NCBI GenBank assembly: GCA_024404675.1 | Contig: JAKSPO010000009.1 | Location: forward strand, 16,196 to 80,195 | Source: Lachnospiraceae bacterium | GTDB lineage: Bacteria > Bacillota > Clostridia > Lachnospirales > Lachnospiraceae | Length of the DNA: 64,000 nucleotides | Reading direction: 5' to 3' | In this document: positions 1 through 8,787 of the stretch, in pieces | How positions within the stretch are numbered: position 1 is the stretch's first letter | Layout: every line of letters begins with the position of its first letter | Position numbers and translations under genes: made by a program | Notes under the pieces: model-generated | Database searches by the model: none | What the model saw: only the letters and a program-made list of their open reading frames with translations | What the model was told of the DNA's origin: nothing

Positions 1-29
1 TGTCGGCGCAATCAGGGAGGTATTTTGTT

Positions 30-2936
30 ATGAAAAGAGGTCTGCTTTGCATTCTGATCGCGGTTACGCTTATCGTCGGAATGATGCCGGTTCACGCCTG
101 TGCTGTGGAGAAGGTTTCTGAAAGCATCGGTACGGAGAGGGTTTCCGGAAGCTCTGAAAAAGGTGCATATGGCAGCTTTACGAGCGGTAGTCAGGTTCTG
201 GCCGATATGATTGCCAATAACGAGGCAAGAGGTACGGCCCATCCGCGAATCATCATGACGGAGGATAAGTTCGCAAAGCTTCGGGCGCACATCGGCGACG
301 GTTCCCAGACGGCGCGGCTTCTGGAGGAGCTCCGTGGTGAGGCGGACAGACACGTCAGTGAGGATCCGGTTTGCGTGTATGATGCATACGGGGATAAGCA
401 TCTTGTTGAAACCTCCAAAACGATACAGCGCCGTGTCTGTGCGCTTGCCCTTGCTTATAATATTTTTGGCGATGATGCGTATGCCCTGCGATGCTATCAG
501 GAGATGAAGGCGGCCTGCAAATTCCCGGATTGGAGCCCGAAGCATTTCCTCGATACCGCTGAGATGTGTACGGCACTTGCACTCGGTTATGACTGGCTCT
601 ACGACTGGTTAAACGATGACCAGAAGGAGATGATTCGAGATTCCTTGATTGTAATGGGACTGAGACCGGTTATGGAGGATTATACGGATACCCCGAGCGA
701 TCGCAAACGTACCTACAAATGGTATCAGGACCTCGAAGGAGACAACTGGCAGCTTGTGTGCACCGGCGGAACGAATCTTGCGGCGCTTGCCATCGGCGAC
801 GAGCCGGAAGCAAAGGATATTGCGGCGAAGGTTCTTACCTATGGTTACAAAAGAGCATACACATTTGTCCGTAATGCTTACCGGGTTAAGGACGGTACCT
901 ATATCGAGGGACTTGGCTACTGGGACTACGCAACATATTATCTCGGTATGCAATCGAGTGCGCTGATCAGTGCGACGGGAACCGACTACGGCCTTGCGGA
1001 TTTTGAGGGGATTCTTAAATCAGCAGAGTTCGTTCGCTATATGAGTTCGAATACACCGAAATCGTTCAGCTTCGGTGATGACAGGGATAGCCGTGACACC
1101 GGCTGGCCTGTATTTCTGTGGCTTGGCGAGCATTATGATCGACCGGACCTTTCCGCAATCCGCCTTGGAAAGATTGACGAGGATAAGGAGTTCCGTTATT
1201 GGGATGTTCTCTGGATTGATGAAAGCAAGCAGACCGGCGTGAAGCTTGAAGAGCCGACCGAATGGGGCTCTGTCGGCGCATGTAACGCAAGCTTCCGTGA
1301 TACCTGGGAAGTGAAGGACGGACTTGTAACGGCGCTTCATGTAGGTGAGAACTGTTATAAATATCATGGTCATTATGACCTGGGCACCTTCTATCTTGAA
1401 TCAAACGGTAACCGGTTCTTCACCGATCTGGGAAATGAAAAATATGACCTGAAGAATCGCCAGTATGCGTACCGAATCAAGGCGGAAGGCCACAATACAT
1501 TGGTAATTAACCCGAAGGACGATATCGACCAGAAGGAAGGCGCGAACTGCCTGATTACCGATTATCGAAGCGGCGACGAGCCCTATGCTATTACCGATCT
1601 TACGGAGGCATACGAGCCAAGCGGCGCGACGAGTGTCGTGCGCGGCCTTAAGATGATTAAGGATAAGAAATGCGTCATTATTCAGGACGAGATCTCGCTG
1701 CAGGCGAAGGGAGAGCTCTACTGGTTCGGTCATACGACGGGAGACATCGAGGTTGCCGCAGACGGTCGAAGTGCAATCATAACGGTCAATGGGGATCGTA
1801 TGTGGGTAGGCATTCTCAGTGAGGGCGGTTGCTTTACCGCGATGGATGCAGTGAAGCTTGATACCTCCCGTAATGTATCGGGACAGACGGACAATGAAGG
1901 CTACCGTAAGCTTGCGATTCATCTCACGAACATCAAGGACACGACCATTTCCGTAGCATGCATCCCGCTAAAGAAGGGGGAGAAGGCGCCGGCATGGACA
2001 CCTGTGGTTACACCGCTTAGCGAATGGGCCGATGATGCAGATATCAGATACTGCAACATCTCACTTTCCGACAATATTGGCCTGAATTTGTATGCCCGTC
2101 TTAAGGACAGTATTGCGAATGCCTCAGGCGCAAGCATGGTATTTACCCTTGACGGAAAGAAGGTTTCCGTTAAGGTTTCTGATGCGGAGAAGGTTAATAT
2201 CGAAGGCGAATCGTTATATAAGTTTACCTGTCCGGTACCCGCATCCCGTATGACCGGTGATATCACCGCGCAGCTGCAGGTGCTTTCCGACGGTAAGCTT
2301 ACAGAGGTTGGCGAGACGTATCATTATTCGGTACGAAATTATGCAGATGAGATTCTTGGTCATTCTGACCGATATGATGCTGAAACGCTTGAGGTCGTAA
2401 AGGCGATGTTAAACTACGGCGCATATGCGCAGGAGTATTTTTCGGTCAATACCGACAGACCGGCCAACAAGAATATATACAAAGAAGCGGAGGATCCCGT
2501 ACTTCTCTTTGACCAGGATCTTTCAGGCATGGAGCTTGGCGACATCGCGACAAAGGGTGACCTCGTATTCTACGGCGCTTCTCTTCTTTGTAACGGTGAA
2601 ACAAGCCTGAAACTGTATTTTCTGAATAAGTCAGGCGCTGCTGTTTCGAGTGGACGTTATACCGTGAAGGCTGTATCCCTTGGTCAGGCGAGAGAATGTA
2701 GCGGTGTAGCGGACGGCAATATGTATGTTGTGACGCTTAGCGGCATTACAGCGCCGGAGCTTAATCAGACCTACGAGTTTACGATTACGGACAGTAAGAG
2801 TAGCAGCAACCGCTTCAGCTTCACATATTCTCCTGTGAATTACATGGCCAATGCGCAGAATTCACCCGATCGTACACTTGTAAATCTTGCAAGAGCAATG
2901 TATCTTTACAACCGCGCAGCTCTTGACTGCCGCTAA
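30..2936 (+). CDS. secreted heparinase II/III-like protein with additional C-terminal domain
   Basis: 968-aa ORF with AGGGAGG RBS upstream. N-terminal signal peptide (MKRGLLCILIAVTLIVGMMPVHA). Central block 'YKYHGHYDLGTFYLESNGNRFFTDLG...AEGHNTLVI' is typical of the heparinase II/III family. Confidence 0.7.
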   Translation: MKRGLLCILIAVTLIVGMMPVHACAVEKVSESIGTERVSGSSEKGAYGSFTSGSQVLADMIANNEARGTAHPRIIMTEDKFAKLRAHIGDGSQTARLLEELRGEADRHVSEDPVCVYDAYGDKHLVETSKTIQRRVCALALAYNIFGDDAYALRCYQEMKAACKFPDWSPKHFLDTAEMCTALALGYDWLYDWLNDDQKEMIRDSLIVMGLRPVMEDYTDTPSDRKRTYKWYQDLEGDNWQLVCTGGTNLAALAIGDEPEAKDIAAKVLTYGYKRAYTFVRNAYRVKDGTYIEGLGYWDYATYYLGMQSSALISATGTDYGLADFEGILKSAEFVRYMSSNTPKSFSFGDDRDSRDTGWPVFLWLGEHYDRPDLSAIRLGKIDEDKEFRYWDVLWIDESKQTGVKLEEPTEWGSVGACNASFRDTWEVKDGLVTALHVGENCYKYHGHYDLGTFYLESNGNRFFTDLGNEKYDLKNRQYAYRIKAEGHNTLVINPKDDIDQKEGANCLITDYRSGDEPYAITDLTEAYEPSGATSVVRGLKMIKDKKCVIIQDEISLQAKGELYWFGHTTGDIEVAADGRSAIITVNGDRMWVGILSEGGCFTAMDAVKLDTSRNVSGQTDNEGYRKLAIHLTNIKDTTISVACIPLKKGEKAPAWTPVVTPLSEWADDADIRYCNISLSDNIGLNLYARLKDSIANASGASMVFTLDGKKVSVKVSDAEKVNIEGESLYKFTCPVPASRMTGDITAQLQVLSDGKLTEVGETYHYSVRNYADEILGHSDRYDAETLEVVKAMLNYGAYAQEYFSVNTDRPANKNIYKEAEDPVLLFDQDLSGMELGDIATKGDLVFYGASLLCNGETSLKLYFLNKSGAAVSSGRYTVKAVSLGQARECSGVADGNMYVVTLSGITAPELNQTYEFTITDSKSSSNRFSFTYSPVNYMANAQNSPDRTLVNLARAMYLYNRAALDCR

Positions 2937-2961
2937 AGTTTATAGGCAATAATATACTACG

Positions 2962-3001
2962 GGCAAATGGTCAGCAATGATCATTTGCCTGTTTTTTTTT
3001 A
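2962..3001 (+). terminator. rho-independent terminator
   Basis: GGCAAATG (2962-2969) pairs with CATTTGCC (2982-2989), followed by a T9 run. Confidence 0.8.
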
Positions 3002-3108
3002 CAGTATCGGTGGCGGAGGCTTCCGATGATGGAAGGACATCGGAGACGTGATCGAAAAGCCCTTTTTCGCGCCTGAAAAATTTTTTCTAAAAAATATGTA
3101 AATACCTA

Positions 3109-3137
3109 TTGACATAGTAGGTAAGTAGGTGTATTAT
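3109..3137 (+). promoter_or_regulatory. sigma-A-type promoter for the metY-cysK leader
   Basis: TTGACA (3109-3114), 17-nt spacer, TATTAT (3132-3137). Confidence 0.6.
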
Positions 3138-3179
3138 AAGCGCATAGACAGAGAGCCGAACAGAAAGGAGATATATAAA

Positions 3180-3296
3180 ATGACAAGTCGTAATATTACA
3201 GTTGATTTTCGAATGTGTAACTGTCGAATGTGTTTCTCCCGGGCATGTCAGTATGGCCAGGTGCATTCGTGTTGCGCGCCGTGCACCGATAGGTAG
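3180..3296 (+). CDS. candidate Cys/Met-rich leader peptide (38 codons)
   Basis: AAAGGAG (3165-3171) lies 8 nt before the ATG at 3180. Translation is MTSRNITVDFRMCNCRMCFSRACQYGQVHSCCAPCTDR, with 7 Cys and 2 internal Met. It lies between a promoter and a terminator hairpin upstream of sulfur amino acid genes. Too short for the supplied ORF track. Confidence 0.45.
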   Translation: MTSRNITVDFRMCNCRMCFSRACQYGQVHSCCAPCTDR

Positions 3297-3328
3297 GTAT
3301 CAAGGAATCAGGATATCTGTTAAGCCAT

Positions 3329-3362
3329 ATGCCCGGGAGGTTAATTACCCCCGGCTTTTTTA
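3329..3362 (+). terminator. leader terminator (attenuator) upstream of metY
   Basis: GC-rich hairpin GCCCGGGAGG...CCCCCGGC (3331-3355) followed by a T-run (3356-3361). Its 5' arm (GCCAT ATGCCCGGG, 3324-3337) can instead pair with CCCGGGCAT (3238-3246) and ATGGC (3253-3257) inside the leader ORF. Confidence 0.6.
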
Positions 3363-3455
3363 TTGAAAAGCTTTTTCGAGAAAGCCGCGGCAGATGCGCA
3401 TCACAGATTATAAATCAATTATAGAAAAGTTAGATACGAAAAGGAGATTACAATT

Positions 3456-4736
3456 ATGAGTAACTATAAATTCGAAACACTTCAGCTTCATGTAGGTCAG
3501 GAACAGGCAGATCCGGTAACCGATTCCCGTGCGGTTCCGATTTACGCAACCACCTCTTATGTATTCCACAATGCCAAACATGCTGCAGACCGCTTCGGTC
3601 TTGCAGACGCAGGCAACATCTACGGTCGTCTTACCAACAGCACGCAGGGCGTATTTGAGCAGCGTATCGCAGCACTTGAGGGCGGCACCGCAGGACTTGC
3701 GGTTGCATCCGGTGCGGCAGCAATTACCTATACAATTCAGGCACTTGCAAAGCAGGGCGAGCACATCGTAGCACAGAAGACAATCTACGGCGGTACAAGC
3801 AACCTTCTGGCACACACCCTTCCGCTTTACGGTATTTCCGCAAGCTTCGTAGACGCGCATAACCTTTCGGAGGTTGAGGGTGCGATTCAGGAGAACACCA
3901 AGGCAATCTACATCGAGACGCTTGGCAATCCGAACTCCGATATTCCGGACATCGATGCAATCGCCGAGATCGCACATAAGCACGGACTTCCGCTTGTTAT
4001 TGACAACACCTTCGGCACCCCTTATCTGATTCGCCCGATCGAGCATGGCGCGGACGTTGTAATCCATTCCGCAACCAAGTTTATCGGCGGCCACGGCACA
4101 ACGCTCGGCGGTGTAATCGTAGACGGCGGCACCTTTGACTGGGCAGCAAGCGGACGTTATCCCTGGATTTCCGAGCCGAACCCGAGCTACCACGGCGTAA
4201 AGTTCACCGAGGCGGCAGGCAAGGCAGCATTTGCTACCTACATCAGAGCAATTCTGCTTCGTGACGAGGGCGCATGCATTTCTCCGTTTGCAGCATTTCT
4301 TCTTCTGCAGGGCACCGAGACGCTTTCCCTTCGTCTTGAGAGACATGCGGAGAACGCTAAGAAGGTTGTAGAGTTTCTTACCAAGCATCCGAAGGTTGCG
4401 AAGGTTAATCATCCGAGCCTTGCGGATCATCCGGACCACGCACTGTATGAGAAGTATTTCCCGAACGGCGGCGCTTCCATATTCACCTTTGAAATCAAGG
4501 GCGGCCAGGCAGAGGCCTTCAAGTTCATCGATAACCTGAAGATCTTCTCCCTCCTGGCAAATGTTGCCGATGTTAAGTCACTTGTAATTCATCCGGCAAC
4601 CACGACGCATTCCCAGCTTACCGACGAGGAGCTTTCTGAGGTTGGCATCAGCCGCAGCACGATCCGTCTTTCCATCGGCACCGAGCATATCGACGATATT
4701 ATCGCCGACCTTGCACAGGCATTTGACGCAGTATAA
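3456..4736 (+). CDS. metY: O-acetylhomoserine (thiol)-lyase / sulfhydrylase, PLP-dependent
   Basis: 426 aa. N-terminus 'FETLQLHVGQE..DP.T.SRAVPIY.TTSY.F' and PLP-lysine motif 'HSATKFIGGHG' are characteristic of the MetY/CysD family. Confidence 0.9.
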   Translation: MSNYKFETLQLHVGQEQADPVTDSRAVPIYATTSYVFHNAKHAADRFGLADAGNIYGRLTNSTQGVFEQRIAALEGGTAGLAVASGAAAITYTIQALAKQGEHIVAQKTIYGGTSNLLAHTLPLYGISASFVDAHNLSEVEGAIQENTKAIYIETLGNPNSDIPDIDAIAEIAHKHGLPLVIDNTFGTPYLIRPIEHGADVVIHSATKFIGGHGTTLGGVIVDGGTFDWAASGRYPWISEPNPSYHGVKFTEAAGKAAFATYIRAILLRDEGACISPFAAFLLLQGTETLSLRLERHAENAKKVVEFLTKHPKVAKVNHPSLADHPDHALYEKYFPNGGASIFTFEIKGGQAEAFKFIDNLKIFSLLANVADVKSLVIHPATTTHSQLTDEELSEVGISRSTIRLSIGTEHIDDIIADLAQAFDAV

Positions 4737-4840
4737 GGACGGCAAATGTGAAAAATAATCTTTCGTTATTGTAATATCGACGAAGAGAATGTATTCTGTA
4801 GAAAGAATCAGTTATCACAAGTAAAGAGAGGACTATTATT

Positions 4841-5773
4841 ATGGCTAAGGTATATACAGCAGTTGATCAGTTGATTGGAGGCACTCCGCTTCTTGAAGTA
4901 AAGCACATTGAGGAGGATCAGGCACTTGCGGCTAAGCTTCTTGTGAAGCTTGAATATTTTAATCCCGCGGGAAGCGTTAAGGACCGTGTTGCAAAATCAA
5001 TCATTGATGACGCAGAGGCGAGCGGAGCCCTGAAGCCCGGGGCAACGCTTATCGAGCCCACCTCCGGTAATACGGGAATCGGTCTGGCTGCAGTTGCGGC
5101 GGCGAGAGGCTACCGATTGATTATTACGATGCCTGAGACGATGAGCATTGAGAGAAGACAGCTGATTAAGGCATACGGTGCAGAAATCGTGCTTACCGAG
5201 GGCGCTAAGGGCATGAAGGGTGCGATTGCAAAGGCAGAGGAGCTGGCGGCAGAGATTGAGAACAGCTTTATCCCCGGTCAGTTTGTGAATCCGGCCAATC
5301 CGAAGGCACATCTTCTTACGACCGGTCCCGAGATCTGGCAGGATACCGACGGCGAGGTTGACATCTTTGTAGCAGGCGTTGGTACCGGCGGAACGATTAC
5401 CGGTGTCGGCGAATATCTGAAGTCCAAGAATCCGAATGTAAAAGTTATTGCTGTTGAGCCTGCAGGCTCTCCGGTTCTTTCTAAAGGCGTTTCCGGCGCA
5501 CATAAGATTCAGGGTATCGGCGCAGGCTTTGTGCCGGATGTTCTGAACACCTCGATTTACGACGAAATCATTCCGGTTGAGAATGAAGATGCTTTTGCAA
5601 CCGGCAAGCTTCTCGGTCGTAAGGAGGGCGTACTGGTCGGCATCTCCTCCGGTGCTTCTTTGTGGGCAGCCATTCAGGTTGCGAAGCGTCCCGAGAATGC
5701 AGGCAAGACGATTGTTGCGCTTCTTCCGGATACCGGAGACCGATATCTTTCCACACCGCTTTTTGCAGACTGA
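4841..5773 (+). CDS. cysK: cysteine synthase A (O-acetylserine sulfhydrylase)
   Basis: 310 aa. Contains '[14 protein letters not shown]', '[12 protein letters not shown]' and '[12 protein letters not shown]' motifs. Confidence 0.92.
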   Translation: MAKVYTAVDQLIGGTPLLEVKHIEEDQALAAKLLVKLEYFNPAGSVKDRVAKSIIDDAEASGALKPGATLIEPTSGNTGIGLAAVAAARGYRLIITMPETMSIERRQLIKAYGAEIVLTEGAKGMKGAIAKAEELAAEIENSFIPGQFVNPANPKAHLLTTGPEIWQDTDGEVDIFVAGVGTGGTITGVGEYLKSKNPNVKVIAVEPAGSPVLSKGVSGAHKIQGIGAGFVPDVLNTSIYDEIIPVENEDAFATGKLLGRKEGVLVGISSGASLWAAIQVAKRPENAGKTIVALLPDTGDRYLSTPLFAD

Positions 5774-5808
5774 TAATCTGCAGAACGGCAATTTCAAAAA
5801 AATATAAG

Positions 5809-5843
5809 TACAAGCGTCGGGGCAACCGGCGCTTGACTTTTTA
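5809..5843 (+). terminator. rho-independent terminator after cysK
   Basis: AAGCGTCGG...CCGGCGCTT hairpin followed by GACTTTTT. It overlaps the -35 of the next promoter. Confidence 0.55.
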
Positions 5844-5861
5844 TCCGAATAAGAGTATCAT
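5833..5861 (+). promoter_or_regulatory. sigma-A-type promoter
   Basis: TTGACT (5833-5838), 17-nt spacer, TATCAT (5856-5861). Confidence 0.55.
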
Positions 5862-5984
5862 ACACAAAAATGCTTTATTCGAGACATCTCGGACGATGGG
5901 AATTTTCCGACGAAGTGATAGAAGAATAATCGTTCTACAAAAGTAGAACAGATTGTGTTCTAATTGAAGAGGAGGTACAATCCA

Positions 5985-6470
5985 ATGAATAGCAAAGTGA
6001 AGTCTTTAAGTATCGGCGCATTGATGATGGCAGCCGTTTTCGTTGTGACAACATATATACAGGTTCCGATTCCGCTCGGATATTTCAATGTCGGCAACAG
6101 TGTGATCATTCTGTTTTGCTTGTTTTTCAGACATCCGTATGCTATAGTGGCATCAAGCCTTGGTTCCGGACTTGCCGATCTTCTGACATATCCGGTTTAT
6201 ACGATTCCGACCGTTTTGATTAAAGCGGCTTTCCCGCTTCTGTTCTTCTTTCTGCTTAAGAAGCTTAAGGGCAGAAAGCTTTCGGTTATTATTGCGGCAG
6301 CGGTTTCTACGCTGATTCCGCTTTTTGGTTACACGCTGACCGGTGCATTTCTCTACGGTGGTCTGGCTGCGGGAATCGCGCAGTTCCCCGGGCTTTTACT
6401 TGAGTATGCTGCCAACCTCGTAATTATCGCCGCGCTTTCCGAGCCGGTGAAGCGTATCGGCAGACTGTAG
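5985..6470 (+). CDS. small polytopic membrane protein, probable ECF-transporter S component (vitamin B6-family substrate guessed from context)
   Basis: GGAGG lies 9 nt before the ATG at 5985 (the track ORF starts at an upstream TTG, 5964). About 160 aa with 5-6 hydrophobic helices. Sits immediately upstream of pyridoxal kinase. Substrate assignment rests on context only. Confidence 0.45.
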   Translation: MNSKVKSLSIGALMMAAVFVVTTYIQVPIPLGYFNVGNSVIILFCLFFRHPYAIVASSLGSGLADLLTYPVYTIPTVLIKAAFPLLFFFLLKKLKGRKLSVIIAAAVSTLIPLFGYTLTGAFLYGGLAAGIAQFPGLLLEYAANLVIIAALSEPVKRIGRL

Positions 6471-6499
6471 GATGTCAGATGAAGGAGTGAAGAAAGTCT

Positions 6500-7357
6500 A
6501 TGGAGACTGTGAATCACAATTTGCAGAAGAAGGTTGCGCTGATCAATGATTTCAGCGGCTTCGGACGTTGCTCCATCGCTGTGGAGCAGCCGATCATATC
6601 CGTTATGGGAATTCAGTGCTGCCCGGTTCCGACGGCAATTTTCTCCAATCATACCGGCTTTCCGAGCTTCTTTCGTGTGGATTATACACCGCACATCGGA
6701 GAGTATGTTGCGGAGTGGAAGAAACTTGATCTTCGCTTCGAGGGTATCTCGACGGGCTTCCTCGGTTCTGAAGAGCAGATCGAACTGGTGAAGCAGTTTT
6801 TGAAGGATTTTAAGACGGAGCAGACCATCGTAGTGGTAGACCCGGTAATGGGAGACTACGGGCGGCTGTATCCTTCCTATTCGGAGAAGCTTGCAGACAG
6901 AATGCATGAGCTTGTGCCGTATGCGGATGTGCTTCTGCCGAATCTGACAGAGGCGTGTATTCTTACGAAGACTCCTTATAAGGAGCATTTCTCTGAAGAG
7001 GAGCTATATAAGATATGCAGTGCGCTTTCCGCGCTCGGCCCGACGAAGATTGTAATATCCGGAATCAGTAACGAGCATAGCCTTGGTAATTACATCTGGG
7101 AGAGCGGTAAGGAAGCGTCGATTCTGTGGACAGAGAAGATCGGCGGCTATCGTTCCGGCTCCGGTGATGTGTTCTGCGGAATCATTACTGCGGATGTTGT
7201 GAACGGGGTACCGTTTGCGAAGGCAGTTCGAAAGGCGGCTGCATTTATCTCGGATGCAATCCGCGAGTCGCTGAGGCTCGGTCTTCCGCTTACAGACGGA
7301 CTTGCAATTGAGCCGTGTCTATGGAAGCTTGGCTCTGATTATTACGATAAGATCTGA
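6500..7357 (+). CDS. pdxK: pyridoxal/pyridoxine/pyridoxamine kinase (ribokinase superfamily)
   Basis: 285 aa. Contains 'VVDPVMGD.GRLY', 'LLPNLTEA' and 'GSGDVFCG' motifs typical of the PdxK/PdxY type. Confidence 0.8.
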   Translation: METVNHNLQKKVALINDFSGFGRCSIAVEQPIISVMGIQCCPVPTAIFSNHTGFPSFFRVDYTPHIGEYVAEWKKLDLRFEGISTGFLGSEEQIELVKQFLKDFKTEQTIVVVDPVMGDYGRLYPSYSEKLADRMHELVPYADVLLPNLTEACILTKTPYKEHFSEEELYKICSALSALGPTKIVISGISNEHSLGNYIWESGKEASILWTEKIGGYRSGSGDVFCGIITADVVNGVPFAKAVRKAAAFISDAIRESLRLGLPLTDGLAIEPCLWKLGSDYYDKI

Positions 7358-7371
7358 CGGAGAATATTACG

Positions 7372-7974
7372 ATGACAATTACTTATCCCGTGAAGAACGG
7401 TATTTATGTGAATATGACCAACCGCTGCCCATGCGCCTGCACCTTCTGCTTAAGACAGAATAACCCGGGTGTGTTCGGCTCCGATTCTCTCTGGCTTGAA
7501 AGAGAGCCTTCGGTGGAGGAGGTCTGCGAAAGCCTTGCGCAGTGGAAGCTCGCTGAAAAGGATGAGATTGTATTCTGCGGCTACGGTGAGCCGACGGAAC
7601 GCCTTTATGAGCTCTTGCAGGTGGCTGCCTGGGTGAAGGAGCGTTACAATATTCCGATTCGATTGAATACGAACGGACTTTCCGATCTGATTTACGAAAA
7701 GGCTACCGCACCGCTTCTTGCGGGACTTATCGATACTGTTTCCGTTAGTTTGAATGCGAACAATGCGGAGGATTATCTCAAGCTGACGCGTGCAAAATTC
7801 GGCATCGGTTCCTGGCAGGCAATGCTTGATTTTACGAAGCAGTGTACGCTTTATGTGCCGAATGTTGTGATGACGGTAGTCGATCAGGTTACCACGCCTG
7901 CTGAGCAGGAGGAGGCCGGTCGGATCTGCGAGTCAATCGGCGCTACGCTTCGTGTAAGACCGTTTGAGAGCTAG
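7372..7974 (+). CDS. radical SAM protein (TatD-associated radical SAM family-like)
   Basis: 200 aa. CxxxCxxC within 'NRCPCACTFCLRQ'. 'LWLEREPSVEEV' and 'FCGYGEPT' resemble the small TatD-linked rSAM family. Confidence 0.65.
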   Translation: MTITYPVKNGIYVNMTNRCPCACTFCLRQNNPGVFGSDSLWLEREPSVEEVCESLAQWKLAEKDEIVFCGYGEPTERLYELLQVAAWVKERYNIPIRLNTNGLSDLIYEKATAPLLAGLIDTVSVSLNANNAEDYLKLTRAKFGIGSWQAMLDFTKQCTLYVPNVVMTVVDQVTTPAEQEEAGRICESIGATLRVRPFES

Positions 7975-8045
7975 GTGCCTTCTCTTATCGGGTGAATATT
8001 ACGGGGGACTGATTCCCTAAGAGACAATTTGTATTAAAGTAGGGT

Positions 8046-8079
8046 CGTGAGAATGGGCATCCATTTCACGGCCTTTTTC
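8046..8079 (+). terminator. probable terminator after the radical SAM gene
   Basis: CGTGAGAATGG...CCATTTCACG hairpin followed by GCCTTTTTCGTTT. Confidence 0.45.
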
Positions 8080-8132
8080 GTTTGATAGGCTCAGGACTTT
8101 CTCGCTAATTCGTGAGAATCGGAAGAGTGGCT

Positions 8133-8160
8133 TGTATTTTCCTTCGGACAATGCTATAAT
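8133..8160 (+). promoter_or_regulatory. sigma-A-type promoter
   Basis: TTGTAT, 17-nt spacer, TATAAT about 110 nt upstream of the 8271 start. Confidence 0.45.
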
Positions 8161-8270
8161 CCATATGTTACGAAGGGACGCTTCGGAGTGGCCTTTTGTG
8201 ACAGAGGAGATGATTATAGATGAAAAAATCGAAAGGAGTACGGAGTGCATAGGCACTCGCTGGAAGAAGT

Positions 8271-8726
8271 ATGAAGACTTTAAAAACACTTTTGACACTT
8301 GCGGTTCTTGCCGCTATCGTGATTGCAATTCTTTCCGGCATTATGCCGAAGATTGCCTACAATCAGAAGAAGGCGCTCTTCGATGGCTACAAGATTGCTA
8401 AGAAGCTGACGGATACGGACGATACCTACATCATTCGTGTGAATCTCTCAAAGGGTACCTGGGAAGACCTTGAGATGCAGCTTGACAGAGACGGCTGGAA
8501 GCCCGAAGCAGAAGCTAAGTACTGGAAGGCATCCCCGAACAAGGAGCTTTTCACCGCGAAGGAGATTCAGGCTTTTCAGAAGGAGTATGTGAGAATGTCC
8601 ACGAAAAAGCTTCCGATTCAGCAGAAGTATTTTGTGGAATATCTTGCTGTAATGCAGGACAGTGAAGGGGTATACCTTTACTTTGAGGTACAGATGCAGG
8701 ATTCGGAGGTTACTCCCTGCCACTAA
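8271..8726 (+). CDS. hypothetical membrane-anchored protein
   Basis: 151 aa with one N-terminal hydrophobic helix (LLTLAVLAAIVIAILSGI). No recognisable motifs. Confidence 0.5.
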   Translation: MKTLKTLLTLAVLAAIVIAILSGIMPKIAYNQKKALFDGYKIAKKLTDTDDTYIIRVNLSKGTWEDLEMQLDRDGWKPEAEAKYWKASPNKELFTAKEIQAFQKEYVRMSTKKLPIQQKYFVEYLAVMQDSEGVYLYFEVQMQDSEVTPCH

Positions 8727-8787
8727 CGTTGCATTTCCCGCTTTCACGCGGGTTTGTATAATATGTTTACGTGAAGGAGATTGATTT

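Noticed and set aside
3140-3455. T-box or SAM (S-box) riboswitch upstream of metY.
   Set aside because: I could not find the T-box consensus (AAnnGGGUGGNACCGCG-like) with a specifier-loop layout. I also could not find the SAM-I core (e.g. the conserved GAGGGA...GCAACC elements). The region is instead explained by a leader ORF plus terminator.
8132-8401. 89-aa plus-strand and 93-aa minus-strand ORFs in the 7975-8270 intergenic region.
   Set aside because: They have no RBS, overlap a predicted promoter/leader and the start of the 8271 CDS, and show no motifs.
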